From the NCBI GenBank assembly GCA_951406725.2, contig OX597837.1:11966001-12030000 (forward strand): a stretch of 64,000 bases of DNA. Direction: 5' to 3'. Each line of letters starts with the position of its first letter. Within the stretch, counting starts at the first letter, position 1. The notes below the pieces were generated by a model. That model worked only from the letters and a program-made list of their open reading frames with translations. It did not search any database and was not told the DNA's origin. Below, piece after piece: positions 1 through 12,112 of the stretch. Both the position numbers and the translations under genes were made by a program. The stretch comes from Octopus vulgaris. Taxonomy: Eukaryota.

Positions 1-2849
1 GCTGTGGGCACGTAACAAACACCATCTGATCGTGGCTGTTTGCCAGCCTCATCTGGTACCTGTGTCGGTGGCACATAAAAACACCATCCGAGCGTGGCTG
101 TCTGCCAGCCTCGTCTGGCACCTGTGTCGGTGGCACATAAAATCACCCACTACACTCTCGGAGTGGTTGGCGTTAGGAAGGGCATCCAGCTGTAGAAACA
201 CTGCCAGATCTGACTGGCCTGGTGCAGCCTTCGGGCTCCCCAGACCCCAGTTGAACCGTCCAACCCATGCTAGCATGGAAAGCGGATGTTAAATGATGAT
301 GATGATGATATATGTATATGTGTATTGTTCTTTTGAACACCATTTACACATGTAGTATATGTTATTCTGTTAAACACCATATATGCATACAGTATTGTGG
401 ACCAATCAAATGCAGGCAAACATAATTAGGTCCGTATGTGCACAGTTTAATTAGACACGCACGCACCCACAGTATATTTTGTTTTAATTCACATGGCAGA
501 CACGCATTCAAACAGGTCAGAGTCTAAACCCTTGTCGACTCATTTTACCTGAGTCCTTCTCCGTCCCCCACTCTTCAGTGTTGTGCTCTTCAGAGAGTGT
601 TTGTGGGGGGAGGTGTGGAAGGGTTTGGGATAACAAAAGAGAAAAAATAAGTGACCCGGTTTTTCACTGTTGACCTTGTTTTTATTGGAACAAGTCAGAA
701 CGCCAGAGAAGAGGTACTTGTGAGATTACATACAGCAACAACCACAACAACAATGGTACTGAATGGTAAGGAGAAGGGGATGATAGTGGCACAAAAATAT
801 TGCTGATGTTGTTGTTGTATTAATGGTTGTTGTTGCTAATGTCAAATTCAGAGATGATGTTGATAACAACTTGACAATAGCAACAACAATGGTATGCTGT
901 GAGAAGTGTGGTTGTTTAACTCTAGGACTGCACTCGACCAGTAGATCAACATGTGATCAAAAACATTCCAACCATGACCATCACAATTATGATTTTTTTG
1001 TTTTGCAAAGGAGCAGACATGTAAAAACTTGCTTCTCAACCACATGGTTCCAGGTTCAGTTCCACTCTGTAGCACCTTGGGCAAGTATCTTCTACTATAG
1101 CCCCAGGTCGACCAAAGCCTTGTGTATTTGGTAAATGGAAACTAAAAGAAGCCTCTTGTATACATAGATATCTATATGTGTGTCTTTGTACCTCTTGGAG
1201 TGGTTGGCGCTAAGAAGAAGGGCATCAAGCCGTAGAAACCAAGCCACATCAGATTGGAACCTGGTGCAGATCCCCGACTTACCAGTTTTCAGTCAAACCG
1301 TCCAACCCATGCCAGCATGGAAAAACAGATGTTAAATGATGATGATGATGATGATGATGGGTTCAACAAGGCAGACCTATGATAAACACATTTTTTATCA
1401 GGCATATCATCAGCATCATTTTCATTTGACGTCCAATCTTCCATGTTTCCATGACGCAAATGGAATTTGTTGAAGCAAATCTTCTACAGCTCGATGCCCT
1501 ACCTGTCACCATCCTTCACCTGTTTCCAATCAAGGTAATATTTCCTCATGACCAGACAGGTTTTCCATGGAAGACTGGAAACGAACGACACTGTTTCTAT
1601 GACAACGACGCTTGTTTACAACTATCATGCGATGCCAAGACAAGGGTACAGACAAGGCGGTGAGCTGGCAGAATCGTTAGCACACCGGGTGAAATGCTTA
1701 GCGGTATTTCGTCTGTCGTTACGTTCTGAGTTCAAATTCTGCCGAGGTCGACTTTGCCTTTCATCCTTTTGGGGTCGATTAAATAAGTACCAGTTACACA
1801 CTGGGGTCGATATAATCGACTTCATCCGTTTGTCTGTCCTTGTTTGTCCCCTCTGTGTTTAGCCCCTTGTGGGCAATAAAGAAATAAGACAAGGGCACAC
1901 CCAAACACATGCGTGCACACACACACGTGTGGACACACATGATGGGCTTCTTTCAGTTTCCATTTACCAAATCCACTTTCAAGGCTTTGGTTGACTCTGG
2001 AGATATAGTAGAAGACAATTTTCCCCAGGTGTTGTTCATTTCTAGTCTTCTGTGGGAAAACGTGTATGGCCTTGGGAAATATTACCTTACCTGGAAACAG
2101 GTGAGAGTTGGCAGCAGGAATTGCATCTTCCATGACAAAATTTGCATCAACAAATTCCGTCTGGCCATGGGGAATATTACCTTGCCACAACTAACGGATG
2201 AGGGTTGGTGACAAGAAGCATATCTGATCAAGGAAAAATCTGCCTTGACAAATTCCATTTAACCCACAAAAGCATGGGAAGGCAAACCTTAAATAATGAT
2301 GGTGATGATGATGTTCCTCCTCTTCCTCCTCCTGAAAACGAATTGTATTGTTGCAGAATCCACTTTTTTGTATCAGCGATCTGAAGCGTGAGGTGCACGT
2401 GAGAGGTAAGCAAAAATCATCGGGTTAGCGAGGGCAATCATTTCAGAGCGGGGCAAAGTAAGCTGTGAGTCCTTGACGTCGGATGAGATAGGTTTTTACA
2501 AGTTCGGTGGTGGTGGTGGTTGGAGGGAGAAGAAGAAGCAGACAATGTATTCAGAGGAGAGGTGGGGGAGCAGGGGGTGGGATGGGGGTGAGGACGAAGA
2601 AAGTTTTTCAAGTGAAGTAGCTGTTTGTTCTTGTTGCTGATAACTTGCACATGAGAGAGAGGAGTCATTGTGGTGGTGGGGATGTTGCAGTTTTACCTAC
2701 ATGCAGACAATCGCATATTCTCAGATTAAAGTTTGAGTATAGAGTGTAACCCTTACAGCAGAGATAGACAATAGATAAGAAGGGCAAGAGAGATTTGTAA
2801 TCTGAAGTTTCTCAGCTGGCAGGAGGTGTTATGTGGCATCTGGGTTGCA

Positions 2850-3260
2850 CCAGAGTCTGTGAGGCTGAAGACGCTCGACCTTTATTCTCTAGAAAAACGA
2901 CGACGCTGTGGTGATCTCATTCTTGCTCACAACATCATAAGCGGAAAGTGTAACCTCTCGAAAGAGCTGTTCTTCACTCCTGCTCCAGAGCTTCGGCTGC
3001 GGGGTCACTCCGCAAAGCTCTATCTGCAACGATTTCATCTCAATCGAAGGAGAGGGGCTTTCTCCGTCCGGGTTGCGGATCCGTGGAATAAGCTGCCGGA
3101 CAAGATAGTGAAGATGCCGACGACCGCTCAGTTCAAAGTCTCCCTTGACCAGAAATGGCCTGAACTCTTTACATGAACACCACCCTGTACATAACTCCAT
3201 GTCCCCCTACATGGCCTTGCTTTTTGCTTTTTGAGCCAAAAAATTAACTAACTAACTAAA
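2850..3260 (+). mobile_element. LINE (CR1-like) ORF2 3' end and tail
   Basis: LDLYSLEKRRRCGDLI...LRGHSAKL...RRGAFSVRVADPWNKLP, typical of CR1/L2-group C-termini, with a (taac)n tail. Near-identical copies at 18320-18510 and 19963-20380. Confidence 0.8.
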
Positions 3261-3549
3261 GAATTGTCCAGAAGATTTAGTGTTGTTCTTTGAAGGAGGC
3301 GTTGTTATTTTAGTTGGGTTTATTTGTGGGTCAAGAGGAGACAACAGTAGCATAGCTAAAGATTAGGTCAGTCAAAGCTGTCCTTCATCTTCCTTTCTCT
3401 CTAGACAAAAAGCACAACAAAACACACCAAAAATTCCGCCCTGAAAACAGAATGATCTCCCTCGACCTCACCTTTAACCTATTCGATACCACCCAGCCTG
3501 AAACTGTCCCTGCTTCTCTAATACAAATGACCTGTTTTAAAGTAATCTA

Positions 3550-4290
3550 AATTACTAGGTTGAGGAAAACGCTTGTGCACCATGTTAAAATAATGATTTT
3601 TTATGCAAGAATTTATTCAAAAACAACAACTATTCTTCAAAATAAACATCATCATTTTCCACGACCTTCTGCCAATGATCTGCAAGATTTCAGATTTGGT
3701 CAAAGTACCAATGTTTCAGCTTTGAATGGAAAAATTCTTGACAGGCTTCTTCAACTTCATCGAATGATTCAAATCGGTGACCTTTCATAAAGTGCTGCAT
3801 TGATCGGAAGAGACCGTAATCAGGTGGAGCAAGGTCTGGACTATAGGCTGGATGCAGCAGAACATCCACATCGCCTAATTCTTCAATCCAGTTGCTGGTC
3901 TTTCTGGTGGTATGTGGCTTTGCATTGTCTTGTTGAAACAAAGCACGTTTTTGATGAACAATTCTTGGGTCCTTTTCAACCAGTGCATTGTAGACACAAT
4001 CAAGTTGCTTGCAGTACAGTTCAGCATTGATAGCACAACCATTAGATGTAATGTATATGACAATTTCAAACCACTTGAAAGAGATTGGAAAAACAAAAAA
4101 AACTTGAGAAACAGGTGCCACACGAATTGAATGACAACCAAAAAAAAGGCCGTTTTGAAGTGTTGTCTTCCCTTCTTTTATGCAACAAGAATGACCCATT
4201 TCTCGACCAGATTGTGACTTGCAATAAAAAGTGGATTCTTTACGACAACTGGTGATGCTCAGCTCAGTGGTTGGATGCCAACAAGAGTAC
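3550..4290 (-). mobile_element. Degenerate mariner (DD34D) transposon with an internal inversion
   Basis: Minus strand: QQDNAKPHT...LLHPAYSPDLAPPDYGLFRSMQHF. Plus strand ~4190-4285: DPFLDQIVTCNKKWILYDN. Confidence 0.8.
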
Positions 4291-4433
4291 GTTTAGGCAG
4301 CTATTTAATGGAACCATGGTGATGGTGTGGCATATATATATACACATATAAATAGATGAGTGTATTTTTACCTTGTTAACAATTAACACGGAAAAATATT
4401 TGATTTACACCTGCGTTAAACTCCATTTATTTA

Positions 4434-4481
<48 letters not shown>

Positions 4482-4489
4482 CTCATGCA

Positions 4490-4532
<43 letters not shown>

Positions 4533-4576
4533 GTATGTAAGCATGTATATGTATGTATATATATATGTATGTATGC

Positions 4577-4619
<43 letters not shown>

Positions 4620-4620
4620 C

Positions 4621-4666
<46 letters not shown>

Positions 4667-4700
4667 GTATGTATGTATGCATGTATATATATATATATAT

Positions 4701-5093
4701 ACTAGCAGTATCGCCCGGCGTTGCTCGGGTTTGTAAGGGAAATAATTATATAAGCATTTTTAGAGATGTAAAGTATAATAGCCATCTCAATATGGCTAAC
4801 CACAAAGGAGGGGTGTTACTGTAGCTTTTTACGTTCTGAGATTTAATAATAAATTTTAGAGAGTTACTTCCCTTATATATGTCAAAAATGGATTAAAAAT
4901 GGGAAAAATTGATGGTAAATTTTTTTTTAAATCGTAGACTCATCATAGACGCGCGCTAATACCCAGACGGTCTCGATATGAATCACGACTATAAGATACC
5001 CGGTTTTGGTTAAACTGCACCACAAAATGTGGGAGTAGTTAGGAATCTAAATCGTAGGAGACAGACACACAACCTCACTTTTATATATAAAGA
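4701..5093 (-). mobile_element. Non-autonomous Helitron-like element
   Basis: Minus strand starts TC(TTTATATATAAAAG) and ends with the hairpin cccgagcaacgccggg followed by CTAGT. A second member lies at ~8200-8586. Confidence 0.65.
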
Positions 5094-5179
5094 TTTCCTC
5101 TATTTACATAATATTGAGGTCTCTTTCTTTCTTTTGTTATCTTACTGTTTTTACCAATATACATATATATATATATATA

Positions 5180-5520
5180 AATATATATATAGTTACAGAG
5201 ATGTACTTGCATAGCAAGTGACTTAATCTGAGATCGTGTGCTGGAACGAAAACAGTTGCAGCGTTGAAGGTGTTTATAAGCCATTTAAGAAACACACAAA
5301 AACCGTTAGATTCACTTCAACATTTAAATTTAATTTGTCAAAATATTTTCGTCGCTTTGAGACCGCGACCTGTTAGCACGATATTTTTGTCAGTGAACAG
5401 GTGGCGGTCTCAAAGCGACGAAAATATTTTGGCAAATTAAATTTAAATGTTGAAGTGAATGTAACGGTTTTTGTGTGTTTCTTAAATGGCTTACAAACAC
5501 CTTCCACGCTGCAATATATA
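5180..5520. mobile_element. Fold-back, Penelope-like-terminus element in (TA)n
   Basis: Inverted arms 5256-5374 and 5396-5514, flanked by (TA)n, with a hammerhead-like core. Confidence 0.6.
5386..5436 (+). ncRNA. Putative type I hammerhead ribozyme, G3:C8 core variant
   Basis: Stem I tttgtca/tggcaaa; core GTGAACA; stem II gtggc..gcgac (gtcgc in the inverted arm); GAAA; palindromic AATATT; UUU cleavage triplet. Confidence 0.55.
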
Positions 5521-5871
5521 TATATATATACACATATATATATATGTATGTATGTGTGTATATGTGTATGCATGTATGTGTGTGTGTGTGCGTGTCTGTG
5601 CTTGTGATTGTCCTCCACCACTGCTTGACAACGAATGTTGGTTTGTTTACATCCCTGTCACCTAGTGGTTTGACAAAGGAAGCAGAATAAGTACAATGCT
5701 TACAAAAATAAAACTGGAGTTGATTCATTAAACTACAATTCTTCAAGGCATTGCCCCAGCATGGCCACAGACCAATGGTTGGAAAAAGCAGAAGAATAAA
5801 AGAATACATTCTCTGCTTTGGTCTTATGTTCAAGGCATGAGAAAGCTTGAGTTTACATGAGAAGGCCTAAC

Positions 5872-6137
5872 AGACCTGGTAGAAACAGCAGCCAAATCTC
5901 CCTCAAATCACACCTTACTGTCTTATGTATGTATATATATATGAGCCAATGAGGGGGACCTCTACATGGTAGCTAGACCTGGTAGAAATAGCAGCCAAAT
6001 TTCCCCCAAATCACACCTTACTGTCTTATCTATGTATATATGTATGTATGAGCCTATGAGGGAGACCCCTACATGGCAGCTAGACATGGTAGAAATAGCA
6101 GCCAAATCTCCCTCAAATCACACCTTACTGTCTTATC
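5872..6137. repeat. ~105-bp tandem triplication
   Basis: agac(c/a)tggtagaaa(c/t)agcagccaaat...tcacaccttactgtctta occurs three times. Confidence 0.8.
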
Positions 6138-6639
6138 TTTCTGCTACTTGGATATAGGTCTTATATTCGTCTAAAAAAACTTTCCTGTCACACACTCACG
6201 CACACACACACACACACACACACGCACCCTCACACACACACGCGCACACACACACACACACTCACACACACGCACGTTAGCTTACAATTTTATTTATATA
6301 TTTGCGTGTCTATGTGTTGAAAGAGGAAGTGGGAGGCAGAGTGAAAGAATGACTCACTACAGTAAGTGAATTACTATCATTTTATTCGTTGCCCACTGTG
6401 TGTGTGTGTTTGCGTGTGGTGTAAACCAGACTAAGAAAAGCATTTGACACACACACCAGAATGTGAGTTTTCTGTAAATTTTGCTTAATTGGAGTTTAAA
6501 TTTTAAAAACTGGACCTGGCATGACGCGATGCATTGTACTCTCAAAAATGCTAGGTAAATTGTAATTGAAGAAATCCTATATTGTAGATTTGTATAACTC
6601 CCAAAGGGAGGCAGATAAAATCTGCCTTTTATAATAAGA

Positions 6640-7037
6640 GATATATATATATATATGTATGTATGTATGCATGTATATATATGTATGTATGTATGCATGT
6701 ATATATATGTATGTATGTATGCATGTATATATATGTATGTATGTATGCATGTATATATATGTATGTATGTATGCATGTATATATATGTATGTATGTATGC
6801 ATGTATATATATGTATGTATGTATGTATGTATATATATGTATGTATGCATGTATATATATGTATGTATGTATGCATGTATATATATGTATGTATGTATGC
6901 ATGTATATGTATGTATGCATGTATATATATGTATGTATGTATGCATGTATATGTATGTATGCATGTATATATATGTATGTATGTATGCATGTATATGTAT
7001 GTATGCATGTATATATATGTATATGTATGTATGCATG

Positions 7038-7070
<33 letters not shown>

Positions 7071-7512
7071 ATATATGTATATGTATGTATGCATGTATGT
7101 ATATGTATGTATGCATGTATATATATGTATATGTATGTATGCATGTATGTATATGTATGTATGCATGTATGTATATGTATGTATGCATGTATGTATATGT
7201 ATGTATGCATGTATATATATGTATGTATGCATGTATATATATGTATGTATGCATGTATATATATGTATGTATGCATGTGTATATATGTATGTATGCATGT
7301 ATATATATGTATGTATGTATGCATGTATATATATGTGTATGTATGTATGCATGTATATATGTATATGTATGTATGCATGTATATATATGTATATGTATGT
7401 ATGCATGTATATATATGTATATGTATGTATGCATGTATATATATATGTATGTGTATATATATGTATGCATGTATATATATATGTATGTGTATATATATAT
7501 ATATATATATTT
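6640..7512. repeat. ~870-bp compound (ATAT/GTAT/GCAT) micro/minisatellite
   Basis: Repeating gcatgtatatatatgtatgtat units; source of several stop-free pseudo-ORFs. Confidence 0.95.
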
Positions 7513-8030
7513 ATACACACACATGATGGGCTTCTTTCAGTTTCCATCTACTAAATTCACTCGCAGGGCTTTGGTTGGCCTGAGGCTATAGTAGAAAACA
7601 CTAGCCCAAGGTGCCATGCTGTGGGACTGAACTCAGAACCATGTGGTGGGGATCAGGCATCTTACCACACAGCCATCCTTGTCCACATTTCTTTGTTTTT
7701 TCATTTCCTGTTGTCCCAGTTTCCTCCGTTCTACAAGACCAGCGTTCCATTGCTAACCAAAATCAGAACACAAACAAACAATTAGCAAAGAACAACCTTC
7801 AGCGTCTGGAAAAACAGGACAGCGACATTGCTATATTTGGATAATTGGATACAGCGAGGGGAGAGGGAGGATGAATGATGTTGTTGATGATGATGATGAT
7901 ATTTGAGAGTATGTTTAGGAAGCTATTTAATGGAACCACGGTGATGGTGTGGCATATATATATATATATATATCTAATCTCATGCGGTAAAATTCGTCCC
8001 CTGCCCTGGGCCTTTATTCACATTTGCAGC

Positions 8031-8676
8031 CAGGGCTGTGGAGTCGAAACAAAAAACTTTGACTCCGACTCCTCTGCTTTTAGCACCTCTGACTCCTCTT
8101 TATGTAATTAAGTGAGTGTGGTCTACATATCTCATAAAACACATGCATACGCTTGTACTTTGGGTAGGCCTATATGTTATAACTAGTTTAGATTAAAGAA
8201 CTAGCAGTATCGCCCAGCGTTGCTCGGGTTTGTTTCAACCCTTTAGAATTGGAATTTTTGAAAAGTAAAAATTTTGCGTTATGTAGCTTCTTTAAGTGAA
8301 CATTTTTCTGGTTGAAATACACTAAAAAACGGCGACACAGCAGTCAAAAAATTGTAAAAAAATAGGGATTTTCATAGAAAAAAAGCATCTTTTTGATGTA
8401 AATAATTTTTGGTGTTAACATGATCCGATTTGAAATTTTTCTTCTTCGGAAGGAAGAGCAAGCTTTCTTCTATCATACTCTCAATTTTGGTCAACTTGAG
8501 CCGCAGGGTCTCAGAGAAGATAGTGTTAGTTGAAGGCTACCAGACCTGCCATACACACACAACTTCAGCTTTATATAGAGAGAGATAAAGACATTGTGAG
8601 TCGGAGTTGGTATAGTTTTACTGACTCCAGCTGCAGCTTCCCCTTAATTGTTTTTGACTCCGACTCCACTGTCCTG
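8031..8676. mobile_element. hAT-like MITE with a nested Helitron-like element (~8200-8586)
   Basis: Termini cagggctgtggagtcg / cgactccactgtcctg; exact 8-bp TSD tttgcagc (8023-8030 and 8677-8684). Confidence 0.75.
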
Positions 8677-9106
8677 TTTGCAGCCCAAGATCCTTATTAA
8701 ACTGATTGGTGTTGTTATTGCTTAATTAATTTAAGGCGTTGAGCTGGTAGAATCGTTAGCACACCAGATGTCCGTCTTTACATTCTGAGTTCAAATACTG
8801 CCATGGTCGACTTTGCCTTTCATCGTTTCAGGGTTGATAAATTAAGTACCAGTCAAGCACTGGGGTCGATCTAATTGGCTGGTCCCTGTCCCCTAAACTC
8901 TCAGGCTTGTGCCTATAGAAGAAAGGGTTATTTACTTGGTTCATCAAAATCCACTTACTACCCCTTCCCAAGAGACTGAGTCTAAACATGTGTTTGTGTG
9001 TCTGTTTGTCTCTCAACACCACTTGACAACTGGTGTTGATGTGATGACTGTCCCCTTCCCCCAAACTTTAGGCCTTGTGCCTATAATAGAAAAGGGTTAT
9101 TATTAT

Positions 9107-9482
9107 TAACCTCTGCCTTAGCGAAGGCGGAGGTATTATTTTCACTGGTATTTGTTTGTTTGCTTGTTTGTCCATGGACAAGATATCTCAAGAACCGCTG
9201 GATGAATTCGGATGAAACTTTCAGGGATGTTTGACCTCGTGACTGGCACGAACTGATTAGAATTTGGGATCGATCCGGTACCAGACAAGGATTCTAGATT
9301 ATCTTTCCTGTTTTTTACTTAATCTCTGAAAACAGTTGGGTTCATTTTTAGTATTCTCGTTTGTGAGAGCAGTTGAGTTTATTTCAGATATTCTCATTTT
9401 AAAAATCATCTCTGGCTAATCGTTGAGAGGACATTGATGTTGCCTTGGCGGAGGTTTGCACTCTCTGAGTGCTCTTGTTCTT
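9107..9482 (+). mobile_element. HINE/DINE-1-like (Helentron-associated) element; inverted copy at ~42505-43135
   Basis: Subterminal cctctgcc/ggcggagg repeats, a gtttgttt microsatellite, and a 3' hairpin gcactctctgagtgc followed by tcttgtt. Confidence 0.6.
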
Positions 9483-10092
9483 GTTCATTATTATTATTAT
9501 TAATATTATTATTATTATTATTATTGCCTTCTCCTCCTCCCTCTCATCATTGTTATTATTATTGGCGTTAATGTTATTAATTTTACATATTTTAGACATT
9601 GACTAATTTATTTTAGTTATAGATGTTATTGTTATTTACTACTCCTACTACTACTGCTATTATTATCATTATTAGTATTATTATTATTATTATTATTACC
9701 ATCATCATCATCATCATCATCACAATCTTTGCTCTGCCAAACACAATAGCTTTTGTTTTTGTATAGTTGTTGCTCATTGATTTCTTGAAGTTGGAAGTGT
9801 ACCAACAGGTTAATAACACACATACACACGTGTATACATACACACACTCACACACATATGTATATATGTATGTATATATATATATATATATAATGTATAC
9901 TAACCAGTGTATTATGTGGACGTACGCCTGTATTAAACAGATTAACTTGAAACCATCTGACAATGCAGACTTGAAAGTTTACGGAGCACTTCTGATGAAA
10001 AAAGATTAAGCTGTACGTCAACTGTTTCTATGGGAACTAAACACCTGCAAAACAAAGAGGAGTTGGCTGGATTGGTGTTTATTGGTATAGAC

Positions 10093-10288
10093 CAGCATTT
10101 CTCAACCGGGGTTCCCCGGAACCCTGGGTTCTGCGGAAGGTTCCTAGGCGTTCCGTGAGATAAGCTAATGCTAATTTCATGATTGTAACATTACTGTGCA
10201 TGCACAACATATTATTGGTTAGGGGTTCCCTTGAGACATGTAATTTCTTTTAAGGGTTACGCAAGGGTAAAAGGGTTGAGAAACACTG
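10093..10288. mobile_element. hAT (Charlie-like) MITE
   Basis: TIR cagcatttctcaacc / ggttgagaaacactg; 8-bp TSD gtatagac / gtgtagac. Confidence 0.75.
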
Positions 10289-10802
10289 GTGTAGACATAC
10301 AACATGAAATTAAGGACCAGCCGCAGATAATAAGGGACGGAGGACCCGGGCACAGAGTTCTGAGATGCATCTCTGTTGTGACCACTTGAAGATTGTCATC
10401 ATCATCATCATTGTCATCATCTTTGTGTTAGTACCCACTTCCCTGAGCTTCTGATTAATACTTCGCATGTACCATGTCCTCGCGTTGTTTTTTTCTCTCT
10501 GTTTTTTTTTTTTTGATTAATCATATGCACACACATACACACACACATATGCCCTGCTGTTAAAGCAATGAGGACATCTCCATAGACAAAACCTATGTAC
10601 TTGCTGTCAAATACAGTGTGATGCACTTGTCGACACATTAGACATGGCTTCTCTTTTTTTTTACCCAACAACTCTCTCTCTCTCTCTCTTTCTCTCTTTT
10701 GCTTCTACCCACCGACACCACCAACTCATTTTGTGATTTTCCCTCATCCAGTTGTCACTCACTTGTCACCTATGTCATATTCATACAATACAAATGTGTG
10801 TG

Positions 10803-10850
<48 letters not shown>

Positions 10851-11297
10851 CACACACACACATATATATATGTATATATGTATGGACATGAGCACGTAGG
10901 GTGGTGGTGGAAAGTAATGTGGTTGCATAGTGTATGTTTTCAGGGTTATGGCAGTGGTCTGCAAATATCTCCTTCCACCTCCTTTTCCCATCTTCCCTCT
11001 CCTCCTTCTCCTATTTTCATGTCCATCTTCCATACGGGCATGGTTGGACTGCTTGACAAGGACCAAAACATGTCCCAAGGGCTGTGCTGTGCTCTGACGT
11101 CTGCTTTTGTCAAGCTTCCCCTCACTGGATGCCCTTCTTAAGGCCAACCACTTTGTAAACTGTACTGGGTGCCTGTTTTCATGCCAGCAGCAACAGCAAG
11201 ACCACTGTGCACCTCAGATCCCTTTTGGCTGAGTGGGGCTACATCAGAGAAGAGGGGGCTTTATGCTAGATCAGCGACTCTCAACTGCTTTTTTTTA

Positions 11298-11642
11298 CCT
11301 AACGACCCCTTTGCCAGCATTGCCTTACCGGCACTTGTGCCGGTGGCACGTGGAAAGCAACATTCGAGCGTGGTCTTTGCCAGTGCCGCCAGACTGGCTC
11401 CCATGCAGGTAGCACGTAAAAACACCTTTTGAGCATGGTCATTACCAGAACTACCTGACTGGCCCTAATGTCGGTCGCACGTAAAAGCACCCACTACACT
11501 CTCGGAGTGGTTGGCGTTAGGAAGGGCATCCTGCTGTAGAAACTTTGCCAGATCAAGATTGGAGCCTGGTGCAGCCATCTGGTTCGCTAGTCTTCAGACA
11601 AACTGTCCAACCCATGCCAGCATGGAAAGCGGACGTTAAACA

Positions 11643-11680
<38 letters not shown>
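11298..11680 (+). mobile_element. Interspersed retroposon family A with (GAT)n tail (representative copy)
   Basis: Conserved cacccactacactc..ggttggcgttaggaagggcatccagc...ccatgctagcatggaaagcggacgttaaa-(gat)n. Copies at 1-310, 15232-15555 (-), 19174-19465 (-), 30620-31005, 33600-34150, 37440-37715, 39420-39765 and 45570-45900. Confidence 0.85.
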
Positions 11681-11681
<1 letters not shown>

Positions 11682-11880
11682 CAAGGTTTCAATTGAGATC
11701 ACTTTAATCCTTTAGCTTTCAGATTACTCTGTCAAATGTAAAGCTTATTTATTCACATTGGTTTGAATTAATCTGGCATTATCTTGTAACTTTGAGATCA
11801 GGAAGATGTATTTGTTTATGGGAGCATCATATTGTAGGGCAGGTGTGAGAAGCCAGATCTAGCTGGTTTGAACCCACATA

Positions 11881-12112
11881 AGGTGGCGAGCTGGCAGAAA
11901 CGTTAGCACGCCGGGCGAAATGCTTAGCGGTATTTCGTCTGCGTTACGTTGTGAGTTCAAATTCCGCCGAGGTCGACTTTGCCTTTCATCCTTTCGGGGT
12001 CGATAAATTAAGTACCAGTTACGCACTGGGGTTCGATGTAATCGACTTAATACCTATGTCGGTCCTTGTTTGTCCCCTCTGTGTTTAGCCCCTTGTGGGT
12101 AATAAAGAAATA
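11881..12112 (+). mobile_element. tRNA-derived SINE, family C (representative copy)
   Basis: Head ggcgagctggcagaa...gagttcaaattc and core gcctttcatcctttcggggtcgataaa. Copies at 1655-1885, 45226-45455, 48545-49820 (cluster), 58850-59460 and 60360-60800 (-). Confidence 0.85.

Noticed and set aside
4286-4340. ~55-bp segment duplicated at ~7905-7960
   Set aside because: It is a short dispersed repeat fragment next to (TA)n with no structure or coding signal.
6357-7591. Six overlapping ORFs of 250-400 aa
   Set aside because: They are translations of a stop-free AT/GTAT/GCAT microsatellite (YIYI/MYVC repeats), not genes. The same applies at 4431-4824, 28520-28913, 29420-30081, 40787-41122, 52335-52688 and 61027-61470.
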